A stretch of 64,000 nt of DNA, from the NCBI GenBank assembly GCA_001949185.1, contig BDGG01000001.1, positions 3,179,324 to 3,243,323 of the forward strand, read 5' to 3'. The notes beneath the pieces were generated by a model. The model was given only the letters and a program-made list of their open reading frames with translations, did no database searches and was not told the DNA's origin. The translations under genes and the position numbers were made by a program. Positions 35,723 through 49,191 of this stretch are shown piece by piece (the first letter of the stretch is position 1; each line of letters starts with the position of its first letter). The stretch comes from Ramazzottius varieornatus. Taxonomy: Eukaryota; Animalia; Tardigrada.

Positions 35723-38700
35723 ATGACGGAAGAGGAGACACTTGAGCAACGACAAGAAAATGAAGTTCTTGCATTGCAAGCCATCTTTGGAACCAGTGTC
35801 ATCGACGCTCGAAAGGGAGACGTGTGGAAGGTATCACAGATGCAATCTTTGTTTTGCGTAGTAGTTTGTACATCGTTTCCTAATTGGTATGTGGTGCAGG
35901 TGCGTCGACCACCGGAAGTACACCTGTTCCTGTTACCCCAAGAAAGCCAGGATAGAAAGGACGCTCATGTTTCTATAACACTTTGCGTGAAGTGCGGAGA
36001 ACAGTATCCGTATATGTACGTAGCTATGCGTAACATCCGGCTTTTGGAAGTTCGGGTTAACTGTCCGGATGAGCATATATGTATGTACACAACATGTAGC
36101 GAGGTTTCGTTGTAGTGCGCCTGGAATCACCTTCAGAGACCCGAAAGGATTGAGTGATGCGTCGGTGAAGCAGCTCACGGAGGAGGTGAAGAAGCTTGCC
36201 CACACCATGATAGGGCAGGTACTGAAGAGCCGAACAATTTCCATGGCGCACTTCCGGGCGTATGTGTAACTGGACTACGACTGTTTGGTGCAGGAAATGC
36301 TGTACTCATTGGCCGAATATGTTCAGCAGTTCCTCTACACGCGCAATAATCCTGCCAGCAAGTCTTTTCACGAGCAAATGCTCACTCAGAAGCAAAGAGA
36401 TGCCGAGAAAACCGAGTGCGAGAAGCGGAGATTGATGGAAGCCACAAGACAAAAGCGCGAACTCGAAGTAAGTCCCACCAGAAGTGCGTTCGTTACTATT
36501 GCGTTTTCGGATCGGGTTTCACGAAGGTCTACCGGAGTGGTCATTCGAACCTTCTCGTAGTACCTGCAAATCGAAAAAGAAGTCGAACAACGGAAACGGA
36601 GCATTCAGTTCCAAGAAAGTAGACAGCCAACACGTCCTACGGTAATTCCGCATAATGGCTCTTAAGTCAGTCAGATTCCGCAGTCCTGTTTAACTTTCCA
36701 TAAGGAGAACGATGATATTCCGGAACTGCAAAGCGCTGGCGACCCTTCAACAGAAGTTCCGAGGTCCCCGGGAGATCGTTCGGTAATGACGGCCCAGAAA
36801 AGCAACGACGAGGAAGTCAGTCTGCTGGCCGAACGAAAAGATGAGTTCGCGATAGAGTTGCGTTCCGGACGAATAAAGACATTGCGTCTCCTTTGGTCTA
36901 CTGGTAACGCTACTTCTTCTCCATGATATTCTGATCGAATTTCGGTTAGTTGAACATTTGTTGCTTAATAACAGGCCAAAGCTCCAGCGGGTGCTTCCTG
37001 CACCACGCCGTCGAAACAGATCGCGGCGCATCATTAACGCTGATATCCGAATGGATTTTACGATGGCGTCCAGCTCGCAAAAGCCAACAGTTGCTGGATA
37101 CCTTAAAGCAAGAGTCAGAACCATATTTCAGCCATCTAAGCTCGCTAGATCCCGAGATGCAGCTCCTAATGAAACTCAAGCATCCAGGTCTTGTGAAGTG
37201 TCTCGGCTGGAGTTACGGTTTCGACAAGGATCACGTCTATGTCCACGTAGGCGTCGTGCATGACGACACTGGATCTTATATCAAAGTTTTTCATGGGCCT
37301 GAAATCTGTTTTGTACTTCAGGTCCTGCAAGATTCGACTTCGGGTGTGACCGTAGAGAAGATGCTGTTCTCGCATGCGACGTTCTCTCTGGACCAAGCCC
37401 GCCTTTTGAGCACCAACGTACTGGAGGCATTGCAGTACCTCCATGCTAACAACGTAGTTCATAGACGCGTTTGTCCGTCATCAGTAATATTTTGTAACAG
37501 TGGAAGGTTTCTCCTCAGTGATATCTCCATCTTCACAAAGTTAGAAGACGTGTACCGGTACAGCCGGCACGAGGCGAAAGAAATGGTGAACTCTTCCAGA
37601 GGGTGCGTGAAGGTGTGCTTTGGGCTGAAAGTTCAAACATTCCTGCTCATCCGACTTCAGTGTTGATGAGATGTTTTTTATTTGCAGCGGAAAGAAATCA
37701 GACGTTCTTTCCTTCGCAACACTGCTATGCTCCGTGGTACTGGGGCAAGTCATCGAGCACGATGTCTACGATCCTCCTGTGACCGTACCAGCTGAGATGA
37801 AGGACTTCCTGTTCAAGGCATGCTGCGCGAACGAGAAGAGCCGCTGGTCGGTGGACCAGCTTCTACAGCACTCCTTCGTCCTGCAGCAGAGGCAGGAAAA
37901 CCCACGCTATGTTGCGCCAACAGCGGTAGAGCGAGGTACGGAATGAACTACCCTCTCGATCGTCAACGTAGGAAACGTATCTTAAACTTAAGTACGTGAT
38001 ATTGTAGGCTTCTTTCAAAACCTTCCACCGGATGAACCCCGAGACCATACATCCGACATTGCAGCTCAGTTGGCCAAGAGGTCGCTTCCTTTCTCGAATG
38101 AATCTCGACTTCAACGGGAATTTGAAATACTGGAGTTTTGTGGCAAAGGGGGATATGGGGACGTATTGAAGGTACTATACAATTTAGACTGGTCTGACTA
38201 CGGTCTTTATGCCCTTGTTGGAATCTCCATGTTGACAGGTTTGCAATCTACTGGATGGAAGAACTTACGCGATCAAGCGGATAGCACTGAATAAAAGCAA
38301 AGACAAGATGAACAAGCGGATCCTCCGAGAGGTACAGTTGCTGTCTCGTCTCAACCACGAGAATGTCGTCAGGTAAGCAGCCTGTTTTCTCACCAGCAAG
38401 ACTTTTTTGCGCACAGGAAACATATTGAGACATTTGATACATGTCGTTAATCTGTTGGTGCCTTAACAGGTATTACAATTCATGGATGGAAACAGTTACT
38501 CCAGAAAACAGCAGCACCGATACTTCAAATGCCACTTCGGTCATCACCCAGTCCGCGAACGCAAAGCCGAAGCCTGAGCCTACCAAGATCATCGACTCAT
38601 TTGGGTTTTTCTCAGATGCCATCGAGAGCCATGCGCCGCCTCCGGTCGACGGGTCGGTAGAATGGATGGACGACAAAAACGATGATCCAGGTCGTGCCTT

Positions 38701-41700
38701 GTCGGACGGTAGCGGTAGTCCAGTAACCGGAAACCTCTTCACAGCAGGATACGCGTAAGATTGACAGTCTAATATAATATTCGATATAATCAGGCAACTA
38801 TTTGGTCCCTAGTGTCTGTTTCCACTTATAGACACAGTCTCCATTCAAGCTCTTCCGAATCGTCTGAAGAAATTATCTTCGGCACGTCTGGAGGTCCTGC
38901 CGAAGAAGAAGTTGAGGTTGAGGTTAGCCTGAAGGCCACGGAAACGCCGCCGAACAATCCAGCTGGCGACAATGCGATCGGGTCGCCATCGCCGCATGTC
39001 GTCTTGTTCATACAAAGTATGCCTGAACTGTGTCAAATTTATCAACACATCTTTCATCTGAAACCATTTTTTGATTTTTGTTGTCTTTAGTGGAATACTG
39101 CGAGAAATCGACGTTGAGGACATGCATAGACGAAGGTCTGTATAAAAACCAAGAGCGTGTATGGAGGCTCTTTCGAGAAATGGTGGAGGGAATCGGACAC
39201 ATCCATCAGCAAGGTATCATCCATCGGGACCTCAAGCCCGCAAATATCTTCATCGACAGTCAGGACCACGTGAAAATTGGGGACTTCGGCCTCGCTACTC
39301 ACACCCTGATGAGTCGGTCTACTTTTGCCGACAACCTGGCTGAACTGGCAATGGAAGGTCTTGATGGACTGCTGGATGACGCTAGCCGAACTGGGCGAGT
39401 TGGCACGGCCCTTTATGTGGCGCCGGAACTGGATGGGCTTATAGGGAAAATGAGCTACTCCCAAAAGGTGGACATGTACAGGTACGGCTGATTTCCTCTT
39501 GGGCTCGACATCCACTATATTGGAAGTATTGACCGTACTAACTCTACCTTATTGTCTCAGTTTGGGAATATGCTTTTTCGAGATGGCTTTCCGAACGTTC
39601 TCGACCGGTACGTAAAACTTTGATGAAGTGACCATCCAGTGTGGATAAGTATCAAATGTATTACTTTTACCAAGGCATGGAACGGACAATGGTGCTAAAT
39701 GGAATACGCAAGCATCCGATTCAGTTCCCGGATGACTTTGATAATGAGAGCATGGTTAGACAGGTTTGTGTGCGCTTAATTGTTCTACGGTTCTACTTTA
39801 CTTCATGTACATTAGACACCTGAAAAAATATCCTAGCTATTTCGTTTCAGCGAACGTTGGTACATCTGCTGTGCGACCACGATCCCCGAAAGCGTCCACA
39901 TGCTGTCGAACTTCTGTCATCGGACCTACTTCCGCCTCCGAAAATAGAAGACGCGGAAGTGGACGAAATTATCCGCCACACTGTTCAGAATCCGCAAAGC
40001 AAAGCTTACAAGCGACTAATTTCCTCCTTGTTCTCACAGCCCACCAACGCTGTGACAGATCGGACTTACGATCTTGATGTCCGCAAGGGTATATCCAGTA
40101 GTCGCTTCATGCTGGCTTTCCAGTTCGTGGAGCAAACCGTCACGGAAGTGTTCCAGCTCCATGGTTCCGTTCGGATGATCGCACCACTGCTCATTCCGAA
40201 CCTCCGTTCAGCGGATACATACCGTCGAGCTCAGCTTTGTACCTTTATGGACTCTGAAGGCTCGCTCGTAAGTCAACAGTATTCCGTGGAAGTCAAAAGA
40301 TTCTCTTCCGAATTACGGTATACGGTATATATCCGAAATGGTTTCAACTTTTCAGGTATTGCTGCCGTACGATCATCGAGCGCCTTTTGCTCGCTACGTC
40401 GCTCGAAACCAGCTTCACAGCATGAAGAAATTCTGTGTGGACCGAGTCTTCCGCGGACGACGAGGTGGCTCCGCCCACCCGAAAGAACTGTTCGAGTGTT
40501 CTTTCGACGTAGTAACAGATGAGTCCGAAAGCCTGTTCTCCGACGCCGAGTGCGTCACTGTGGTGTATGAAGCTATCCAGAGGCTTTCGTTGAACCAAGA
40601 TCACACATTTCACCTCGCATTCAACCACACAGACTTACTTCGCGCACTCTTCCTCCATACTGGCATAACAGAAGAGAAAATCGATGCTGCTCTGGACTGG
40701 TTATGGGACGTCCGGGTGGGTACCTTTGGGAAAGCCCAAGCAAAGAGAATGCTGATGAACATCTGGGCCGTGGCAGAGCATGAGTATGACTTTTTGGAGA
40801 AAGTCCTGGCGTTAGAAGGTACCCTAGGAGAACTGGGTGGCCACTTCCGGGCGATCATTCGAAAGAAGGGCGTGGCTGGGTCGCTGGCTAAAAGAGCGCT
40901 TCAGGAGTGCGAGATCTACTTGAATCTGCTGGATAAGATGGGCTGTACGTTTCCGGCTGTCCTGTCGATTGGGTTGACCGACAAGTTGGTTCGCAGTGGG
41001 GTCGTATTCCACGTGGTACAGCCGCTGAAGCGAGAGACCGGGAAGCTTGGTCGGTCGGACATTTTGGCGGTTGGTGGGCGGTATAGCAGCTTGGTCCAAC
41101 AGTTCGTCGTCAAACGGGCTATCCAAGGTATTCTAATGCTAAGTATCAACAATGAAGCAGTTCGGAAGTCGAGATAGAGGTTGAATCCGCAAATGGGTGG
41201 GAAAATGAAAGAGAAACTTATATTTATTTTATCTTTCGGTGTCTCAGTGGATGTCGTCCTTTTCTATGAAAAACCTTACACGGCCGGGCTCATCATTTAG
41301 GCAGTCGATTCGTAGAAAAAGGCGTAAAACTGAGTCAGAGGCTAAAATACTTCTCCAAGAGTTTTGAGGTAATCCGTCTTGCTCTTTCCACTAGGTGTGG
41401 AAGAATTCCGGACGACTGTTGTCGGTGTTAGTATTGCCTTCGAGAAGCTCGTAACTGCTGCAATGGTCGCCGAGGACTTCGCTCCGAAAAGCTCGGTAGA
41501 TGTCCTGATAGCCGGAGCAGGAAATGGAGTTGCTGTGAAGGAGCAGCTGCTGCTACTCCGAGAGTTGAGAAGCAAAGGTGTTCGAGCGGACATTTTCGCA
41601 GAGTCTAACCAGAGTCTGGAGAATGCACAAGCTTTCTGCAAGCAGACCGGTGTTCACCTGGCCATACTCAAAGACGGCTACGTCAAGTGCTTCTTTGTGG

Positions 41701-44700
41701 AGAAGGAGCGAGTAGTCGAGCGGAAGCTTACCTTGGCGGAGATACCTGAGTGGTTCAGCCAGAAGATCTTCGGACCAAAGAGCGAAGTTACGGAGAATGG
41801 CCTCAGTGGGCGCACCTTCTCCATGTCGGTCGGGAACGAGAGTAGTGCAGAGTCTAGAGGGATACCGTCCAGCCTGCTTACGAAAGATGTCAAGGTGTCC
41901 TTCTTCACGTCTGAGAAGCTCATAGCAAGAGACCGGAAACGCCATTCCACGCATGTAAGTGACATCGCTCAACGATATCTATCATGTGCGAAGTATGACT
42001 TGTTACTCCCCCGACGAAGATTTTCAAAGAATTTTCCTGACTTCGAACTTCGGTATTTTTGATCAGATTATCCCCCAATACTAGCAAGGTACTTCACTTA
42101 TTTTTGGCAGCGAATTCATGCCTTTACGGTAGGAGCATAGGGGAAGAGAAAAGATAAACTCTCCGCAACCATTATTTCTCGTTGGACGTCCTCTAATTTT
42201 TCGGCATGGTGATAACCCTTTGGTATCAGGTCCTCTCATCTTTGAGTGTGCGGACGTGTTTGCGGAAGCGTTTTGCTCAATTTGTACTCTAGAGCTGTCT
42301 TGCAACATTAGTGCTTTGAGTCAGCTGAATAATTTCGTTTGGTGACGGCAAGTGTTTCATCATTCTTCCCCGTTCCAAAGAGGTCTAGTATTCGACTGTC
42401 GTTATGGATTTCACAGCGTTCTATAGATCGTAAAAATAGCGAGCAGACAGCAACCATAATTTCCATTTGAAGCCGCTCACGATTCGAAATTTTCTGCGGT
42501 ATTTCCGCTCTTTCAAAACATTCCAATTTTTGCTTCAGAACGTCATATAGAGCCCACTTATTCAGTGTTGCTTCAATACTATAGTGGAACTACAGTAGTT
42601 AGAATCCGGTCGCCCATGTTAAGCCAATGGCTAGAGCGGGTCATATTGAAATTCGATTTTGGATTATCAATTAAAATGCATGTACTAGAAGCATTACTGC
42701 ACCTATTGTGGCTGACAACAATGCGGTTTGAGATCGGTTCGCTCACGTTCAGAACCGGGAGGGTAAGGAAGGGTAAAACTCTGCGTTATCTGTAAGGTGC
42801 GCGAGGTAAACTGGGTACCCGATTCCCTCATTTTTTTGCCTTCCTGTTTTGTCTAAATAGCCAGCGATGATTTACTAAGACACCCTATGACCCCATTACC
42901 AGCGTACTCATCGTGAGTACAATACGGCACGTTTTCGCTCCCCATATTTTCCATTTTGCCCGGTTTGAATCAAAATTTTTTTCATTGCCTGGTCTGCGGT
43001 CTTATCACTGAAACGCAGCTGATGACCACTGGTCAGTACAACTTCCGCAGGTTGGAAAAAATTCTTACGATTTCGGGCAGTTTCGGGAGTATTTTGGGTT
43101 TCCTGTCTTTGCTACCATCTGTTCAGAAGAAAATGAAACACTAGGGGGAGCTTCCTCCACCGATACTAGGCTTGGGACAAACTTGGTGTCATCGGTGCGT
43201 CCAGAAAAAGATCAAAACGGTCAGGGCTACTCTTCCGAAGTTGGCCTTTACGGCCTGGCAATCTCCACCATTTCGAAATTATGAAAGTTGTCTATTGGTT
43301 AATTTGGGTTACGCCTTCCAATTTCCTCCAGTTAAATTTCTTTGCTCACTGTGAGTACGCTGGTAATCTGCCGACACAAAAAGCTTGGTATTCAGGGTAG
43401 AGCCCTGCAACATGCAGTACGTTCTGCACTGCACTGCATTTTACTGCAATACAGTGCAGTTGCAGTCGCCGAAATGGTGGGAAAATGCAGTTGCAGTTTG
43501 AAAATACCGAAGGGACTCTGAATCGCTTATCAGAGAAAGCTCGAGCTCCAGACAGCACAATCCTTTACCCAGGATGATTCCTCGATTTTTATAGCAAGCT
43601 CAGGCTTGCCATAGTTTGCTCCAATTTAAGAACTTTAGATGCCTGAACAGCTTTCTACGATGACCCAAGCGGTCTATGATTCATTCCAAAGCTCCGCTGG
43701 GAGGCCAGCCTTTTGGGTGGAGCTCTCGCAACAGGAAACGCGCACGTCGTTTGGGTTGTGCGGGGCGACCACATGCACCAGTAACCCTAATCTTGCAAAA
43801 GTGAGCACCGTTCATCGCAGTATACTGTTGTGGGCCAAAAAACAGTAGTAAAATCGGCTTTTTTTGCGTTTTCTGGCCGGGTTCTAACGTTTTTCGGTTG
43901 AATCTCCGTAAAACAACGACGTTTACGTTGTGTTTGACGTGCATTTCCGTTGGGGGCAGAAACTCTTAATTTTTAAATGCAGTACAGTGCAGTTGCAGTT
44001 TCTGGAAACCGGATACAGTGCAGAAGCGGTACTGGTTTTAGCTTCTGCTGCAGGGCTCTAATTCAGGGTGTTAAAGTCTCGTAAGGATTTTACGAGAGTT
44101 TAGGGAGAATCAAATTCAACGAGCTCCCCGAGCACGTTGTTTTCCACCTTCAATTTCGGTCTTTTGGTGGGGGTGACTTCCGAGCAGAAAATCTCCAGAG
44201 CGGAGAAGATTTCCCCAATCTCATACGGTACGCTTGTTTTCTGCTTCCCTTTGTGAAATGGAACATTCCTTCTTGCCCATGTGGGATGCGTTGGCGCCTC
44301 GAAAAAATTCAGTCTTGAATGACCTCAATTTTGGTCATCTACGATTCAGACAAAACTACTCCTGCTTCACCGTGGAGCTGAAAATTCAGAACAGTAGAAC
44401 GGTAAACGATAGCCAGGAGTTGGTAGAATGACAAAAAAAACTTTAGGAGAAAAGAACAAAGGGGAGTGTAACCACTATTTTTTGAAGTTGACGTGTTACC
44501 AGGATTAACAAGTAATACTTCCGCACCTGATACAATGCTCGCATCTTCGCGACATGACGTAAAGGTTACTGTTCTGTTCCAGATTGTTACACGACTAGAG
44601 CCACAGTTTCTTTCATTCAGCAGCACCGCTGTAGTTGAAATCCTTGCCATAGACCTTCCGGGCCAAGTTCTGAAACATCTGTCCGTCCATATATTCCTTT

Positions 44701-45078
44701 CACCTGATGGTCGCCTGTCTTTTGAAGAGTGGGCTTGCCTTTGTGACAAGTACGTGAGTCATATGTTATCTGTCATTATAGAGTATAGCCGTTACAAGGC
44801 GCGAAACGGGGGAGCGGGGAAACGAGCTCGGCATACAAGTGACGCACGCTTTCAGTCTTATCAACCGCAGGCGTGCGCTACTTGGAAAGATCTTCCCGGG
44901 TTCTCAAATGAATCTGCCTTTTGTGTTGACACTTTTCGCATGTTTCCATTCCAGGTTTCCGAAACATCGGAAGGCCCTCAAACAACTGCACGACGACCTA
45001 CACGAGGCCGCGTTCGACCCAAGAACTCGCCTGGTTGTCTTCAGTATTCTAGACGACACTTACCGATTTGTGACCTGA
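35723..45078 (+). CDS. EIF2AK4: eIF2-alpha kinase GCN2
   Basis: RWD domain (QENEVLALQAIF), pseudokinase, kinase (GKGGYGDV, YAIKRI, HENVVRYYNSW, EYCEKSTLR, IIHRDLKPANIF, KIGDFGLA, VGTALYVAPE) and HisRS-like domain (LPYDHRAPFARY, AVGGRY). Last exons 44583-~44749 and ~44955-45078 follow a 2.6-kb intron. Confidence 0.95.
42899..43363. mobile_element. MITE family copy 2 (~465 bp), TA-flanked, Tc1/mariner-like
   Basis: TIRs CCAGCGTACTCA...TGAGTACGCTGG flanked by TA on both sides; homologous to 27956-28435; inside the GCN2 intron. Confidence 0.75.
43398..44060. mobile_element. Non-autonomous hAT-type DNA transposon (663 bp)
   Basis: 12-bp TIR TAGAGCCCTGCA / TGCAGGGCTCTA; perfect 8-bp TSD ATTCAGGG at 43390-43397 and 44061-44068; subterminal TGCAG-rich repeats; no transposase ORF. 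Confidence 0.9.
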
Positions 45079-45531
45079 GGGAAAGCTCGAGCTTTCATTG
45101 ATTGCCTGCTCAATTTTTTTTCTATCTTTAAAACAACGGAACAGTTCCTTAGTTTGTACACAAATGTTCTTCCTCACGTTTTCTTTCAACAGAATCTTTC
45201 CACAGAACGATTTTTAATACTCGGCGGGAACGAAACTAAAGCATCTGTTTCGTCCAAATCCGAACTAATACCTGTTCTGTACACATGGGCAAACAAGAGG
45301 AACATCCAGAGGCGAAACAAGTCTGTAGTTCTTTAGGGAGGGAGGGAGTGTTGTTCTTGGTAGCCTAGTAAAATTACCGCCGGTCATATCGATTAGCGCA
45401 GTAGGTCCATCAAATTATTGCTTCATCATCGTCGTAAGGGTCTCCGGAAGGTTCAAGACTTGTCAACAGGCGGGCCGTCCCTTCCCTGGTCACCTGTTGC
45501 GAAAATTGTACTTGCAGACCCAAACCAAGGA

Positions 45532-46232
45532 TTACATGGTAAGAAGAACGTCATGACCCCTTGTACTCACTTTGACTCCTCCATAGCTGAAGTTAATTAT
45601 GCGCCTTCTTTGTAGATGCACCAGGAGGATAACTGCAAAGAAGCTCGCGCAACCCAATGCGAAGAAGGTCGCCAGTAGGACAACTGCCAGAACGGTGTCG
45701 GGATTCTTCGCGTACTTCGACGAAATGTTATCAACTACAAAAAAAGAACGACTCAGGTATATGGTCAGGCTGTGGGAACTAACAAGCGAAGAGCATACCC
45801 AACCAAGACGCAGAAGGGATTTCGGTCGAGAAGGTGTGGTTATCGAAAGTATGTGGAGTATTTTCCTTCTGGAGGGCTTTTCGTTGTGATAATCCGCTTC
45901 TTTCAAGGACTAGCGGATGTTCGTTGAGGGAGGATTGAAGGACGAAAGACTCGTGCTGAGAGAGGGGATTTGAGTTTTTCTGTTGGGTGTATGATAGAAA
46001 GCTGTTTGAGTGTGACGATGAAGCATGCGAGGAGGAACTCGAGTGTTTTTCATGACGTAATAAACATTGACGATAATATTCCCACGAGTACGAGACCTCC
46101 TCTTGTTGATGGCACGCGCTACAAACTGTATTGGAGATCGTTGTGCACTTGGTCTGGACGAAGAAACCTTCACGGCATAGTGAGCAGGGTTGACAAGCGT
46201 CTAGGTGATCGTCCGCTGGGGAAAACGAAATC
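45532..46232 (-). CDS. TNF-receptor-like single-pass membrane protein; 5' exons uncertain (candidate signal-peptide exon 47261-47178)
   Basis: TNFR cysteine-rich repeat FSPADDHLDACQPCSLCREGFFVQTKCTTISNTVCSAC, Ser-rich stalk, intron, TM VLAVVLLATFFALGCASFFAVILLV, then RRR and a short tail. Confidence 0.7.
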
Positions 46233-49191
46233 CCTGCTATGCATGAGGAACACAACGTGCCGTGGGTAACGTTGCAGATGCTGATAACACCAAAGTGAGC
46301 TGGGCATTTTTCACAGTGGAGATGAGAATAAAACGGCTGCATCCCAAGCGGCTGTGACAGGATTTTCTACAAAATTAGACAAGCGGTAAGATTTCGCTCC
46401 CTGTAGTAATAGACTTACGCGAGCTTGCAGTTGAGTTCTACTGAACCCATCACAAATTTCGGTTTACCGCTAATTACGGACTGCACTGCAGTATGGCATC
46501 AAGGTAATGGTATTTCTACCCTGACGAAAGTTCTGACGCCAATTTCGCATAACTTATTTCCGGAGTGAATCATTAATGACCATAAGTGGATTTCGTTGTT
46601 GTCAATTAATCAAGTGCTTATATTTTCACGAATAAGCATCTTCCGAAAAAGTGGATGGAGCTCTTCGTTGGTCTGGTGAGCAACGGAAGAGACTTCGATT
46701 ACTTTGTTTATTGCATGGCCTTGAGTTGGCTAAAGTAAAAACATGTACTCAGTAATGAGCGTGAGGAGAGCAGGGAAGGACCCCTTTAGGGCAAGGACTC
46801 TAATGAACGAGGCTGTTGGCGGAATATTACGTTGGTTCTTCAGGCAAGGAAATGCGATTATCAAACGCTACGTCCATGAAATCCAATTTGAGGCCAATGA
46901 TTGACTGCAGGGGATCACACAGCGTGACAGCTGAATGCTTTTCCGAGTTCCACATTCATTATCTTCAGGAGTTTGTCATGCCCAACAGCGGAAATTAAGC
47001 TCTTTGTATTTGTCAAAGGGAGAACTTCACATGACAGGAACCAGAAAACTGGGAACGTAAAGAGCCACACCGGTAGCAATGACCAATTTCGTCCCTTGTA
47101 CAGTCGTTACGGTTTTGTTTTGGACAGTACGCAGTTACGTGATTCCACGAACCGCGTTGAAATTGCAAAGAACTTACCCTGAAAAGCAGAAAGTATAACA
47201 GGAAAAGCTGCGGTGGGACAGGGGAGCTCCACGTCCCGCTCCAAAATGCGCCGAGAAACATTGTTGAACGGCAGGAATCGGTTTACCGGGCCGTGAAGCT
47301 GTTTAGAACCAGTGGAATCAGACAATCTGGAGAGAATGAAAATTTTCCACGGACCTTCTCCAAAAGAATGTCGTCCATCTTGGTACTCAAAACAGATGCG
47401 GCGAGTCGGAGCCCATCCGATGTTGTACAGGAGCGGTTTTTGAGTTTTGCATCGAGAATTACGACAGGATGTAAAGCTTAGAGGATAGAGTCCATAAGGA
47501 AGAGATTATTGTAGTCTTTGAAAACATAAATCCAGAGAGTGTGGTAAATCTGAATACAAAGGCTGCCAGTGCTGGAACGATGGATGTATGGATCGTGCTG
47601 AATGAGTCCTTCCAAGAGGGAGAGTTCTTGCCTGCCGGCTTTCAGCGACTTATGCGCATCTCAATGGGGGCGGTAACGAGTTAATGGGCAACGATGGTAT
47701 ACGCTCAGATAATCATAAATCTCTGGAGACTATTCCCATTCGTGGCACAACAGTCTTCTTGCAGATACAAAAGGCGTCAACCATGGTGCTATCACTATGA
47801 ATTTTTCATTACACAGAGTAAATATTGTTGGATACATGAAGAGTGTGTCGACACGGAGTTAGAATAATAAACACGCACTATAGTGCACTAAATGAGGGAT
47901 TTCGGATTGGCTCTCGAGCATTGTGGCAGAGTGGGAAGACGCCGGAGAAAAACGCGTACGTATTCAAATGCCCGCATTTTGTACTGTAGCTCATCACAAT
48001 CGTTCGGAGGAGGAAGCACGTCTTCCCTAAGAGAGTCCTCCTGCATGTCAAAGTTTTACGCAAGGCACTCGAGAAACAATAAGGTGTCACAAAGAAAAAA
48101 GAACGCCTTCAGACAGAGCACGACTGGTACGCGAAAAAGTGTGAGGAACCCTGGAGAAAGAAACCTGAGGGACTTTCGGCTCGGATCCTGGGTCACGGGG
48201 TCTTATTGGAAGCTTGTGTGGAATTGGTGCTTACTTCATTACGCGATCTATTCATCTCAAAACCTCGTCAACCTTCATCCACAAGGCTCCCCGAGTCCCA
48301 GTGGTGCTCGGGTAGAGTCCCTGAACCGTAAGCCCGTGACCATCATCTGTCATGTGCCATAAAGACACGGTTAGGATGTCAATCCACTTACTGTACGAGC
48401 CCTCTTTGCATCAGCGTGCTCGAAACTCTGAGGTCCTGACCGATACGCTGCGCATGTACAGAGCAATAACTTTGACCACGAGCTTTAGCTGTGATGCTCC
48501 GGGTGAGTCTTCGGGTGAAATCCGCGACCCTAGGAAACCGTACAACAAGCTTAAGACATCCCACAGTAGAACAAAAAATGATGTGAGATATTCCGCGACC
48601 AACTCGAATTTCGCGGTCGGATTGTGACTCCAGGCTTTGCCGGCGAGAAAGTCTTTGACCTTAAGACGGTTCAATTTCCGCAGTGACGTGTATCATGGCA
48701 CCCCCTGATTTCAAGGCGCCCCGGGCGGATCACCCCCGATTTTCAGTTCTTGAATCGTGATTTCCTTTTCATAATTTCATGGATTTAAATTGCTTTTTGA
48801 TTTTTCTCTATCTTTTCGCCATCGTTCTTCCCCAGTCTCTGACCCTCTGCTTTCAGCTTCTCATCTTCATCGTCATTATCCCTTATGATTGTAGGACGCT
48901 GATGTTGTTCTGTCTGTTCGACTGCATGGTGGATTTGCTGAATGATTGGAAGTGCAACAAAAGACAGATGTGTATGAACGGTATGTCTGTAAGCGCGTGA
49001 GGAGATGGTCGATTGACGGTCGTTAACATGCTTAATGTACTTTGTAAAGCTTTTGATTCCGAAAGATGAAGTCTTTACGTTTCAGATGACAGTCAGATAG
49101 TGGAAGAATCCTTCTGGATTATGACTCATTTGTTGGTTTTATTTTTAGATCCAGCTGACCAAAGAAGGTGATCAAGAGGAACTATCTGGGA

